Assembly (NCBI GenBank): GCA_051362555.1
Contig: CM120643.1
Span: forward strand, 29,888,848-29,952,847
Direction: 5' to 3'
Origin: Lingula anatina
Lineage: Eukaryota > Animalia > Brachiopoda
Length of the DNA stretch: 64,000 nt
Shown: piece by piece, positions 35,708 through 49,600 of the stretch
Position numbering within the stretch: position 1 is the stretch's first letter
Layout: every line of letters begins with the position of its first letter
Notes under the pieces: model-generated
Told to the model about the DNA's origin: nothing
Databases searched by the model: none
What the model saw: the letters and a program-made list of their open reading frames with translations, nothing else
Translations under genes and position numbers: made by a program

Positions 35708-37905
35708 AAACTACAGGATCAGAGAGGCGATACCGCCTCCGGATATTGTACCACCAGCTGGAGTAAGCGCATTCAAATGGAAAACCCCCCAAAAAAGGGA
35801 CACCACCACCAGTCTTGTGCTTAACAAGCTGTATAAAATACAATCGACAAAAGTTCTCAAAATATGCAACAAAAAAAAAAAAAAAAAAATGGTACAATCA
35901 AGCAGATTTTTGAACTGACCTGTATTTTCCTAACATTGATCACTCCTGTGATTCTCTAGACAATAGACCTATTGGTTTTCCTTGAAATGTGTTGTCAGTG
36001 TTGCATATATGCTGACAAAAGAAAAAAACTAGGGGCAACACTGGGCATATCTCTGCTAGTTTTGAAGATATGAGGGACAGGAAAATATGCAAAGCTCTGT
36101 TCATGGTGAAAAAGTAGGTCAAAGGTCAATTTCAATGTCAAAGATTGCCAGTATATGATTTCCTATTTAACTTTTATAGTAACTATGGGTGTATCTCTGC
36201 CAGTTTTTGGGATATAAGGGATAGAAAATTTGCAAAGATCAGTTTATGGTGAAAGTAAGGTCAAAGGTTAATTTCAGGGTCTCAGTTAGATTGCCAGTAT
36301 ATGAATTCCTATTCATGTTCAATAGTAACTATGGGTGTATCTTTACCAGTTTTTGAGATATGAAGATCAGAAAATTTGCAAAGTGCAGTTTATGGTAAAC
36401 AGTAGGTCAAAGGTCAAATTTAAGGTCACAGATTGCCAGTATGTGATTTCCCATTTAACTTAAGTAGTAACTATGGACCTATCTCTGTCAGTTTTGGAGA
36501 TAAAAGGGAAGGAAAATTTGCAAAGTTCATTTCATGGTGAAAAGTAGGTCAAAGGTTAATTTTAAGGTCACAGATTGCCAGTATATGACTTCCTATTCAA
36601 GTTTAATAGGAACTATATGCATATCTTTGCCAGTTTTGGAGATATAAAGATCAGAAAATTTGCAAAGTGCAGTTTATCATGAAAAAAAGGTCATAGGTCA
36701 ATTTCAAGGTAACAGTTAGATTACCAGTATATGACTTCCTATTCACTTTCAAAAGTAACTATGGACCTATCTCTGCCAGTTTTGGAGTTAAAAGGGAAAG
36801 AAATTTGCAAAGTTCAGTTCATGATAAAAAGTAGGTCAAAGGTCTATTTAAAGGCCACACTAAGATTGTCAGTATATGACATACTAAACAAGTTTAATAG
36901 TAACTACACTGTATGGGTGTATCTATGCCAGTTTTGAAGATATAAAGGAATCCTTGCAAAGTGCAGTTCATGGTGAAAAGTAGGTCAAAGGTTAATTATA
37001 AAGTCACAGTTAGATTGCTAATATATGACTTCCTATTCAAATTCAATAGTAACTATGGACGTATCTTTGCCAGTTTTGAAAGTATAAGCATTAAAAAATT
37101 GCAAAGTTCAGTTTATGGTGTAAAGTAGGTCAAAGGTCAATTTCAAGGTCACATTTAGATTGCCAGTATATGACTTCCTATTCAAGTTCAATAGTAACTA
37201 TGGACCTATCTCTGCCAGTTTTGGAGAAAAAAGGGAACAAAATTTGCAAATTTCAATTCATGATTTTGAGATACGGGGCCATGGAATCGAGACGCACTTG
37301 CACGTGCGCAAGTGTCTCGATACCATGGCCCCGTTTCTCAAAATAGAATCGGTTATGGAATCGAGACACTAACGCCTGTGCGCAACATAGCGAACCTTTT
37401 GAGATACGGAGCCCAGACAGGTAACACCTTCCAATAATATTATAGGTTAGGTCTGTGTAGTTTCTGAATATCATCGCAAATAATTTTTTTTTTCGTTAAA
37501 AAAATTCTTTTTTTTTTAAATGTTGGCCCGTTTGACCTTGAAATAAAGGTCAAAGGTCAAATCCAAGGGCATATTTGAAATCTCCACATATGACTTTTGG
37601 TCAGCCGTCTGTAACAATTTTCCCATAATTCCTTTGGTATGGTAGATAATTAACATTTAATTTTGCCATTTTTGGACAAGGGTGCATTGCAATGAACACC
37701 ACACCTAGACCCCAGCACCAACAAAGCCCAAATTTTACGTGGAACGAGTTGAGATTATAGGTGACCTAAATCCAAGAGATGGGTAAGCAGGCCCTTACCG
37801 TCTAGGAGGAGAAGCAGTAACGGTAACATGGCAGCGGAGCTGGCGGAACGATCCGGACAGGACTAAAACCATGTGTACCGCCATCGCCTACACTGGTGGT
37901 ACAAT
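35708..37905 (-). mobile_element. Helentron-associated non-autonomous element (HINE/DINE-1-like), family A copy 1, with a ~146-bp internal satellite
   Basis: aaactacag + hairpin gaggcg..cgcctc + subterminal IR attgtaccaccag ... ctggtggtacaat; internal tandem repeats at about 36040-37260; both ends match 51496-54120. Confidence 0.8.
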
Positions 37906-38425
37906 TAACATCACATAGAAAAATACACAAAATTTGAAATTATCAAGAATAATGAAAACAATCTACAAGTACGTCATCAACCTGCTCACTAATACCTTCT
38001 TGGTGACTTGCATTGTAAAGTTAAAATTTAACAATAAATATTAATCTCAAGTCAAATCATGCAGAGAAAATGCAAATAAAAAGAATGTTATTCAATGTTA
38101 TTCAATGGTCTCAGCCCTCATCTGATCACACACAGAATTAAAATAAAGAACTATCTTGGGAACATGCTGAACTTACATGTGCAAAACCGTGAAAATATTT
38201 ACATTCACATCCCAGATAGTAATGCTGGAAGGTAATGGAAGTAAAATACCTTATAAAAGTAGGATCCATCACCCCGCTCCCCCCCCCCCCCCCCCCTTTC
38301 CTCCCTTCACCCACCAGGTGTCACCACAACTGTGACCTTGAAAAGTAGGTCAAGGTGATAACTGGGGAAAGTCTCACTAAATCCAAAGAAAAGTATTCCA
38401 CATTTGGTGGTCATTTTATGTCTTA

Positions 38426-38817
38426 TATGCCAGAGTTAAGACAACTACTAGCAACTGTCTGTAGTGTCTCAGGAGGCTGAGCTAGTTCCCTGTATTGTAT
38501 ACCTTGTATGCCAGAGTTAAGACAACTACTAGCAACTGTCTGTAGTGTCTCAGGAGGCTGAGCTAGTTCCCTGTATTGTATACCTTGTATGCCAGAGTTA
38601 AGACAACTACTAGCAACTGTCTGTAGTGTCTCAGGAGGCTGAGCTAGTTCCCTGTATTGTATACCTTGTATGCCAGAGTTAAGACAACTACTAGCAACTG
38701 TCTGTAGTGTCTCAGGAGGCTGAGCTAGTTCCCTGTATTGTATGTCTTATATGCCAGAGTTAAGACAACTACTAGCAACTGTCTAGTGTCTCAGGAGGCT
38801 GAGCTATTTCCCTGTAT
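38426..38817 (-). repeat. 81-bp tandem array x5 covering the KAP gene stop-codon region
   Basis: tatgccagagttaagacaactactagcaactgtctgtagtgtctcaggaggctgagctagttccctgtat is repeated; the first minus-strand copy contains the in-frame TGA (38791-38793). Confidence 0.9.
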
Positions 38818-39104
38818 ACCTGCCTGTAAAACTCTGAACAAACTGTGGACATCCTCAGTCTTCAGGCAGGAGGCAGCATTGTCCTCTACCCGCTTCTCCT
38901 CCACGGCAGTAGTGACCAGCTGCTCCAGAGAATGGTCAATATTGACTGTGTACGGGAGAAAATGTCCAACATCTTGAAAAGTAAACTCGTGCTCCTTCAG
39001 GAGTGCTGCCATGTGTTGTGGATTGCAGTCCAACTTTAACAAGGACTTCCAGTCTGAGGGATGAGGACAGTTCACATCAACATTCTCCAGTAGCACATCC
39101 TGAT
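38791..39104 (-). CDS. KAP NTPase terminal coding exon
   Basis: Acceptor tattttacag|atcag; FLPYTVNID motif (FLPCTVNLD in KIDINS220-type proteins). Confidence 0.8.
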
Positions 39105-40584
39105 CTGTAAAATACAACACACATCAACTTTAACAAAGACTTCCAGTATGAGGGGTGAAGACAGTTCACAACAACCTTCTCCAGTAGCACATTCTGATCT
39201 GTAAAATACAAGACACATCAACTTTAACAAAGACTTCCAGTCTGAGGGGTGAGGACAGTTCACAACAACCCTCTCCAGTAGCACATTCTGATCTGTAAAA
39301 TACAAGACACATCAACTTTAACAAAGAATTCCAGTCTGAGGGGTGAAGACAGTTCACAACAACCTTCTCCAGTAGCACATTCTGATCTGTAAAATACAAG
39401 ACACATCAACTTTAACAAAGACTTCCAGTCTGAGGGGTGAAGACAGTTCACAACAACCTTCTCCAGTAGCACATCCTGATCTGTAAAATACAACACACAT
39501 CAAATTTAACAAGGGCTTCCAGTGGCACATGTACCACTCTGTGAATACATGTACATCAAAATGCAATCCTTTGATCATACATCATATTCTTTTCTATTAT
39601 CCGGATAAACAACAAGTGGAAATATACCAAACTTAAAGCAATTTCTAGAACTGCCCTGTATTTTGGAAATCTCTATATTTAAATTTAAGGGCCATTCCAA
39701 TGTATTTTCCTGCCAAAATGAATCTTCCTAGGTTAAAGAGTAAATTTCCTTACAAAACACTGCTTGATCCGTTACCCTGCACTTGGATTGGATGTTTTGT
39801 TCCATTTTTAATTGAATGCTGTAGTTTAAAATGACTGGCCAGTCAAAGTCACATACAAGAAAATGGTGGGGTGTTTTGTATAGGGGCCCTGTACGGTGTA
39901 TAACACAGTGGTTGCAAGCTGGTAATGGCTACCCAAGAAGGCTGAGAAGATAATAATGAAAGAAGGTATGCTTCAGATTAACTTTTATATTCAGGGTTTA
40001 TTTGTTTGTAGAGTCTGAATTTGGAAATTTAAGAGGCTTTACATAACATGAATATGACAGTGGAGGATCTTCAAACAAATGGGAAGAACTATAAAAACAA
40101 GGCAGCAAAGCTGTCAAATGTACAGACAAAAAACAGAAAAAAAGCGCAGGAAATAGGATACTGTCAATTTTGATGCATTAATGTATTATGCTTACTGTAA
40201 CTGCATAGCCAACATCAAATTCTAATTCTGCATAACATTGAATTAGGATGAAAGTAAAATGTGTAACAAGCATTAGACTGAGTTCCCATACCTAGATCAA
40301 TCTAACAGGATCAATCCAACTCCAAGGGGTTTCTCACTAAATTGCTTTCAGTTTAAGCGGCTTAGGATTCTGGCATGCCAGTTTCAGTAGGCGTGACAGA
40401 CAGCTAAGCCACTTACATTGATTGCAATTTAGCGAGAATTCCCTTGGAGATACATCGATCCACAGTTAGCGTGATAGGGTGTGGAAATAGTCCCTAAGGC
40501 TTGAGGCTGATAAGAGTTAAACTTTGGAAATGCCAGAATGAGATAAAGTGAAAATTTCTTAAACTCATTGCTTAAACTCAATTT

Positions 40585-40666
<82 letters not shown>

Positions 40667-43600
40667 CATACTTGTAAGTTAAAAAAATACAGAAAGTGTT
40701 ACAAAGTTACAGTACAGGGCTCCTGGTGGATGGGAGTGATAAGTCACATCTTGAAAATGCCAGTTTGAAAAATTAAAAATTAAAGAAAAAATTACAAAAA
40801 TATTCCACTAAAGCTCAATTCAGTCTAGCTGCATAACCATGATATGAATCATCCAACTTCAGTTTAAACAGTGTAAACAAGTCACAGAAATATAATATAT
40901 TTTGTTTTACCACAAAAAGGGCAGTCATAGCTATTATTCTGATATCTGAACTTGTCATCAGACCATGTGACCTCCATAGGTGGCTATACTTTGTAATAAT
41001 TTCTTAAGAGATTTTAACAAAAAAAACTTTTTAGAAAAAAAATTATTTGCCAAAAAAGAACAGTTATTATCCCTTTAACTGTAAAGTCAAGTTGCAAATA
41101 TTGCACAACAGGTAGTATCAATAAAAGTGAACTGTTACATACCCTTGGGAGTTATAAGTCCCACACTGAAAATGCCAGTAGGTAAAAGATAAAAATTTCA
41201 AAAATATATACAACAGAATAACATGGTCAATAAGATTCAGTTTCAGGACCATATGTGAGACTTCAAATTCACATAATGAAAATCCCTATATATGAAAAAT
41301 GATGACAGTGCATAAAATAATATTACACAATGTTTAAAGACATAAAAACCAACACAACTGCTAATGTGGAAAAACAAAATACACAGCGCTTCTGGTGGAT
41401 GACAGTTGAAAGTGTCATCTTGAAGATGCTAGTGTTTGAAAAAAAAATTAAAAGAAAATGTAAAATAAAACAACAAAAAATACCAATAAAGCTGCTATTC
41501 AAACTTTTAATCTAGCTGTACAATTACTAACATGATATGAATAACCCTATTGAGTTTGAGAATAATAAGGCACTGTTATTCATCTTAACATTAATGTAAG
41601 CGTTACACAAAATTTTTCTTTTGTAAACTTATTTTCAATATTAAATAACATTTACCTGCATAATAATAATCGATTCCTAATTATGTGACACAGTTAAGAG
41701 AGCTAAACCTATGGGACTTTACAATGAAATCTCAATGTGTGTTTATGTAATCTCATTTAATGGCCACTTGAAAATCAATTAAGCAAATTATTTTATAACC
41801 CTGAAATAACTTGAAAATCAATTAAGCAAATTACTTTACAACCCTGAATTAACTGCCTACTATCCATATACATTTATTGCACCAAATAGCACTCTACTGC
41901 ATTGCTTTCAAAACAGAAAACAATTACAATGGTTTTCCAACACAAGCTGCACTTCAGTCTTTTCAGTAAGGTTGATTATCATAAGTAACATGGTTTTCCC
42001 TTAATCGCTATCCTGGCAGCAGTGTACAAAGTAGGGTTTTCTTCAACTTTCATGCAATATAACATAATACTTACCAGCAATAAACCATCAATTTTTTTAT
42101 AAAAAAAAAATAAAAGTATCATGGATATTCAGAAAATGTGATACGGAAAGGTCTCCAAGGACATGGAAGTTCAGAGTCACACTTTCAAAATGCCAAAATG
42201 TTAACAAGAGATAACTGTACTGAAATGATTTTCTTTCCATTTTCAACACCTTTTTTACATAAAACAATAATCAATTTACTGTCATTTTTATATGATCAAC
42301 TAGGAAAATTGTTGACATAGGAAAAATATAAATAGAACAATTTATAATGTCCAATTTGCTCCATTTGGAGATTCTGAACATAGTGAATGATTGAATCTGA
42401 CAAACTGCAATGATGAGTTCCTTTCCATTTTTGATACTTTATTACACAATGCACTATAATAGGTTTACCGTCATTTTTATATAATCAACTAACAATATTG
42501 TTAAGAAGCAGAAAATGTTAAAACAACACTTTTACATATCCAATTAGTTCTGTAATGAGACTGTTAACATGCTTAAGAATTAAATCTGAAGAAAAACCAC
42601 TTATATACAAAAAGGCTAATAACTTCATCAAAACTTAACTGATCAAGCTTATTTTCAAACTTGATCTGTATACTGGTCAGATTGATCACTCCTGTGAGTT
42701 GCAAGATAAAAGGCTGATTGGTTTTCCTTAAAATGCGTTATCAGTGTTGCATGTATGCTGAATAAAGGAAAAAAACAGCATTACTTTTGTTAAAATAGTC
42801 CAATCATGCCAATTTTCAAACTTGACCTGCGTATTATAAATATTCACCAGTTCTGTAAATTTCAATCCAAAAGGAAAAACATTTTTACACTTATCAAGTT
42901 ATCGGTGTTACAAAAGTGCTGAAAAAATTGAAAAAAAAAAAAAAAAACAGGATAACTTCCATAAAAATTGCCCAATCTTGTTGATTTTCAAACTTGACCT
43001 GTGTATTATGAATATTCATTAGTTCTGTAAGTTTCAAGCCAAAAGAAAAAACAGTTTTCCACTTATTGTGTTATCAGTGCTGCATATATGCTGAAAAAAG
43101 TGAAAAAACAGCATAAATTCCCTAACAATGATCCAATCATGCTGATTTTCGAACTTGACCTGCCTATTATGAATATTCATCAGTTCTGCAAGTTTCAAGC
43201 CAAAAGGTTAATTGGTTTTCCACTTATCGTGTTATCGGTGCTGCATATATGCTGAAAAAAGTGAAAAATTAGCATAAATTCCCTAAAAATAACCCAATCA
43301 TGCCGATTTTCAAACTTGACCTGCGTATTATGAATATTCATCAGTTCTGTAAGTTTCAAGCCAAAAGGTAAAATGGTTTTCCACTTATCATGTTATCGGT
43401 GCTGCATATATGCTGAAAAAAGTGAAAAAACAGCATAAATTCCCTAAAAATGACCCAATCATGCTGATTTTCGAACTTGACCTGTGTATTATGAATCTTC
43501 ATCAGTTCTGTAAGTTTCAAGCCAAAAGGTAAAACGGTTTTCCACTTATTGTGTTATCGGTGCTGCATATATGCTGAAAAAAGTGAAAAAACAGCATAAA

Positions 43601-46600
43601 TTCCCTAAAAGTGACCCGATCATGCTGATTTTCGAACTTGACCTGCGTATTATGAATATTCATCAGTTCTGTAAGTTTCAAGCCAAAAGGTAAAATGGTT
43701 TTCCATTTATCGTGTTATCGGTGCTGCATATATGCTAAACAAGATAGCACTGTTCTGAAATGGGTTTATTTCCATTTTTAACACTTTTTTTAACATAAAA
43801 CAAAATAAACATTTTACTGCCATTTTTATATGACCAACTAAAAAAATTGATAAGATGGGAAAAGTATCAATAGAACAGTGTTAAATGTCCAATTTCCTCC
43901 ATTCTGAGATTCTGAACATAGTGGATGATTGAATCTGACAAACTGCAATGATATGAGTTTATTTCCATTTTTGACACTTTATTACACAATACATGATAAC
44001 AAGTTTACCATGTTTTTTACATAATCAACTAACAATGTTGTAAAGATGCAGGAAATATCAAACAAACACTTTTAGGCATCTTATTAGTTAAATAATGAGA
44101 CTGTTAACATGCTTAAGAATTGAATCTGAGGAAATGTGAAAAAAACAGTATAACTTCTAAAATAATGGCCCGATTATGCTGATTTTCGAACTCAACCTGC
44201 GTTTTAGTAAGATTGACCACTCCTGTGAGTATAATTACAATTGGCCAATCCGTTTTTCTTATATTGTGTTATCAGTGTTGCATTTATATTGAAAATAGTG
44301 AAAAAACAGCATAAATTCCCTCAAAATAACCCAATCATGCCGATTTTCGAACTTGACCTGCATATTATGAATATTCATCAGTTCTGTAGGTTTCAAGTCA
44401 AAAGGTAAAATGGTTTTCCACTTATCGTGTTATCGATGCTGCATATATGCTGAAAAAAGTGAAAAAAACAGCATAAATTCCCTAAAAGTGACCCGATCAT
44501 GCTGATTTTCGAACTTGACCTGCGTATTATGAATATTCATCAGTTCTGTAAGTTTCAAGTCAAAAGGTAAAATAGTTTTCCACTTATCGTGTTATCGGTG
44601 CTGCATATATGCTGAAAAAAGTGAAAAAACTGCATAAATTCCCTAAAAGTGACCCGATCATGCTGATTTTCGAACTTGACCTGCGTATTATGAATATTCA
44701 TCAGTTCTGCAAGTTTCAAGTCAAAAGGTAAAATGGTTTTCCACTTATCGTGTTATCGGTAAAAGTGCACGGCGACGGCGACGGCGACGACGGCGACAGC
44801 GACGACGGCGACGGCGACGACAGACGCAGATGATGGCTATATGTACAGACACATCTGTGTCTGTACATAAAAATTCATGTTGTAATTCATCTGGTAACAG
44901 CCAGGTCTTCCTAGTCAAGCACCTGTCCTGTACAAACCTACCCTTTCCTCAACTACCTAACCGTAACACATCTGGTAACAGCCAGGGGCCCGTTTCACGA
45001 AGCAGTCGTTAGTTAGAATAACTAACTACTGAACTATCTCGCAAATAAGAAAACTTAAAGGGTGTTTCACGAAGCAGTCGTTAACTCATTGCTAAGTTCA
45101 GTCATAAAGTTTGAACGTTAGTTCTGCCGTTACTCACCATACTCTCGAAACAGTCTACCGGAAGTAGAACTCTTGCGTAAAAGTGTCACGAAAGCACTAA
45201 CTCTCCAATTTTTGGTGGCTGGAAATGTATAAGAAAGTCTGCTTTGAGGTTGTCGTAAAGGATATCCACCACCTTTTTGCCGCTCTTTTTGTCACAGCTA
45301 GGCGCAACCTCTCGTAAATTGTATCATTGTGTGCATATTCTAATAGATTCTGCCTATCATGAAAATGTTGTAGTCTACTTGCGGTCTGGCAGTATGGATA
45401 GCAAGAAAGGTAGCCACCATATTGGATACAAAGACAAATGACAGACAACAGTAACTAAGCAACCTTTTTGTTTCATTCATTACGCATGCGTACGATGAAA
45501 CTCTAGAGTGAGCGACTGGACTAACCAGGCATTAAATATCCAAGGTAACAATGACACAATAACGAGCGAGAGAACTAGCGACAGTTTCGTGAAACGGCAC
45601 TCATAACTAGCGAGAGGCTAACTACCGATTGCTAACTAACTACTGCTTCGTGAAACGGGCCCCAGGTCTTCCTAGTCAGCTACCACATGTCCTTCACAAA
45701 CTTACCCTTTGTCCTCAGCTACCTAACCCTAACACATCTGGTAACAGTCAGGTCTTCCTAGCCAGCTAGCACCTGTCCTGTACAAACTTTCCCCTGTCCT
45801 CAGCTACCTAACCCTAACACATCTGGTAACAGTCAGGTCTTCCTAGCCAGCTAGCACCTGTCCTGTACAAACCTACCCCTGTCCTCAGCTACCTAACCCT
45901 AACACATCTGGTAATAGCCAGGTCTTCCTAGCCAGCTACCACCTGTCCTGTACAAACCTACCCCTGTCCTCAGCTGCCTTGTAGTGATGGATTATCCTGC
46001 TGGCTCTATAAGGCCACTGCTCTGTGAACACCACCCAGGCCGTCAGTTTCCTGATCTTTTTCCTGGTGTCTTCCTCCATCAGATCTCTCAGCTCTGCTAC
46101 ATACAACTTTAACACTAGGTTCAGAATATTGGTGATACGTTTGATACTGCGGGGATTGCTGTTCAACCAGTGTAACATCTTTCCTGTCATTAGAGATTCC
46201 AGACTGATCTCCAGACAGTTCTGGTACTTCCTGGCATCTGCTCTATCCTGGGCTGGGAGGTTGCTGGGGCCAGCATCCGTCACATCTAGGGCTGCATCCT
46301 GTTCTTTCTTTTCAGGAGCAGTTTTCTTCTTCACAGTTCTTAGCTTTATATAGACTCCTTTCTTTGGCGAGCCAGAAATAGTTCCATCACTTCCCTGGCC
46401 CTGATATGTTTTAACTGACTTTTCGCCCTTTTTACCCTTTACCGTATTAATTGAATTTTTAACCTCCTTTTGAGAATGGACAATTTCTGTTTGTTCTTCT
46501 CTCTTAATTCTCTCCAGGTAGGAGGTGATTAGGTGTTTGGTATCTTCTGGGTTTGCTGGGGAGAGGCTAAAAGGAAGTGTTATGATCTTCTTCAAGTACT

Positions 46601-49600
46601 CATATCCACTAACATTAGCCTCAGTAAGCCTGTCCCCATAGGAATGTTCAATAGATTTCACAATGAGGCGTGGGTCAATGGCAAGGACAGAGATGAAGCT
46701 GGAGTTTGGATCTGAAAGCAAAATATTCACTGCCTCTAACATTTTCACAATCTTCTTTTCCTCACATCTATCCAGGTCATCCACAAAGATCACAAAGCGG
46801 TACATTTTCCCGTGGAGCCACTGCATGTAGTTGATCAGCTTGGTGACAACTTCCACCTCTTTTTTTACCCTGTACATAAATCCAAGCTCCTCGTCAAAAT
46901 TTGCCCTGGTCATTCTGAGCTGAAGTCGTTGAATTCGACTTTTCTGTGACCTCCATACTGCCCTCATTAGACGGATGACAACCTTCAGTTTGTACAGTAC
47001 TGTGAGGCTGACAAATGTCCCAAACACTGCCTCAATGACAATGTTTTTTTCAGTTGCCCCATATTTGCTGCTGCTGGTAGCAGAGAGAATCACCATGGTA
47101 ACGCTTACTAACAGAAACCCAGTACAAAGCAAAGAGAAAAGAAAACTGGGCATGCAGCAAGTCTTTCTGAGGTGTAATTGTTCTGACCTGGGGTCTCTTT
47201 GGGCAGTGTCTCCTGTTACAGTGTCCGGCTGTCCTGCTTCCTCTCTCCTGTTTCCTCTCTGTTCTATCATGCTGTCTAAGAGGCTGTCTCTGGTAGTGTC
47301 TTCACTGAGGTCAGAGGTCAGCACATGGTGGTGGACCAGCCTGAAGCACCTGGTGGTCCAGAGACCAAAGCTTTGTTCTACCTGGTCACACAGGTGAGTG
47401 ATGATACCTGCCCACAGGAAGTCACTGCCAGCATACTCCCACGCATTGAACTTCACCAGGATTATCTGAGGCTTCTGGGAAGGGGGAACGCTGGGGGTCA
47501 GGTTCCTGGGTGCAACAGTGAACAGCAGTATCAAGAACTGCTTTAAAGCTGTCCAGTTGTCTGAAAGTGACCAGTGACCACTGCCTCCATAGTGAACACA
47601 GGAGATTAGGAAAACAATGATGATCACTGCTATAAAGCTGAGATAGGTTAACAAAGGTATGTTGTCATCTGGTCTGAACTCTGGGGTACTGGCAGTGCTG
47701 TTAGAACTGGTGAGGTTTGCGGCAGGTCCAGGAAACAGCAAGTGCGTAGTGATCATGGCCGCCATTGTTCCTGCAGTTATCAGGCATGTTAGCACAAATG
47801 ACAGGAAGAAAAAGATGCACACATTCTGGCGCTGGTCATGGCCTAGCTTGGAGCATGACGGGGTGACCTCTTCACTTCCTGCATCTGGGAAAGAAAGAAT
47901 TTCAAATCAGATACAAAAACTGACCATCGAACATGACACATACTAACTCAACCTTGACCATGTTTTACTATCTCATCCTTATACCATATCTGACCATGTT
48001 TTACTATCTCATCCTTATACCATATCTGACCATGTTTTACTATCTCATCCTTATACCACGTCCAGTTATCTTAACAATTAATTAATATACTGATGGAGGT
48101 GAATGATTGAGTATCTTCAACTTAAATTATTATTGTTATTTTGACAGTACAAGCATTTAAAGGGTTTGCTTCATGCCGTCAGAATGGCCTGAACGGAACA
48201 TATTCTTCAGAAAACATGCCCAACTAACGATATCTTTATCCAAATACACAAATTAAAAGCTCATTTTGTAAATTTTTGGCTTTAAAAAACGTCCTATTTG
48301 CTCGGCCTGGGAGTTAATGAGCTACGTGGTCACGTGGTCCAATGACGACAATCGAGCCACTGGAGAACAGAGCGTGCTTAGCTGTCAAACTGAGCTGCAT
48401 TGTCTACCTGTAAGATGACTTCTCTGGCTTCTGATAAAAGTTTATACTCATTCAAATCTCTTATCCGAGGGGTCTAAATCCTCGTGAAGCTGTGTAAAAC
48501 CATTTCCCGTCTAGTCATTTCTTTAACAAGCATTTCATTATGGTTATCCCAAGTTGTATAAAACACTGCATTTGAATGAGTTAAGGGAAATGTTGATTAT
48601 TGCATATGAGGTCCATGTTATTTGTGAAATTCAATTTATTTTATTAAACCGCTGACACTCCGTCTTGCATACTTTTATTAAACTGAGGTAAACAATGCCC
48701 GTTACCTTTACAAGTCCTATCTTAATCATCCATCTAACTGGAACTTCCTTTACCTCTTAATTAGAGGGTTAAATGGCATTCAATTTGTCTTGCTTGTATC
48801 GAACGCACTCTCTATCTAAGCTTTTCTCCAGTTATCTCAGGTAAAAATCTACCTGTGCGTTAGTTACAAAGCGCAGCTCCCGTAGACCTGGGGGTACTAG
48901 ATAAAATCTGAACACCAGGTTTATCGAGGAGCTAGAGAAAGAAAGGAAGAATTTTTCCTGCAAAACTTCATAGGAATGTTAACACGGACTTGATCCAGCT
49001 TAGACCTCCAAACTAACAGGGTGACATGGGCAATTTTCACAAACAAATCATAAAACTATATTTCAGTTAACCGCCTTTAAAATAAATATACCGTTCTGGG
49101 TAAATTAAAATAGTTATTAAATCGCAAGAATATTTTTGACTTAAATGATGATTTTATTATTAATGGAAATTAAGCTACTATATGAGGTACATTTGCTGTG
49201 ATTACGCTGTCCTTCATGTTTTGCGTAAGTCTACATTTTGCTGTATGTGCTTGTAATCTTTTTAAATATGTGCGTACAATTTTTGCAGGTCTGGTTACCC
49301 CCCTGTTATGTGATGAGAGTATTAATTTGGCAATTAGTTCCTTAGCTTATTTGAATAGAATTGCAGTGTAAAATTTTCAACAAGATGTTGGCGAAATAGC
49401 CCATTACTCTTTGTAGGTATTTCCCCCGTCAAAGTTTGTCTAAAATTATCTTTCAATCTTTACTCTTTCAAAGACAGTATAAAGTTACCTGACATATTTT
49501 CGTGTAAACTTAATGACAAGCCAAGTGTCTCCAGTTCATTCCGTACTCAATTTTACCCAAGCAAATTTTTTTCTTGAGTAGATCTTTATAGCACGTTGTT

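Noticed and set aside
45718-45905. Telomere-like cctaaccctaac in the 83-bp unit
   Set aside because: Fewer than two full TTAGGG units per monomer; too short to call an interstitial telomere.
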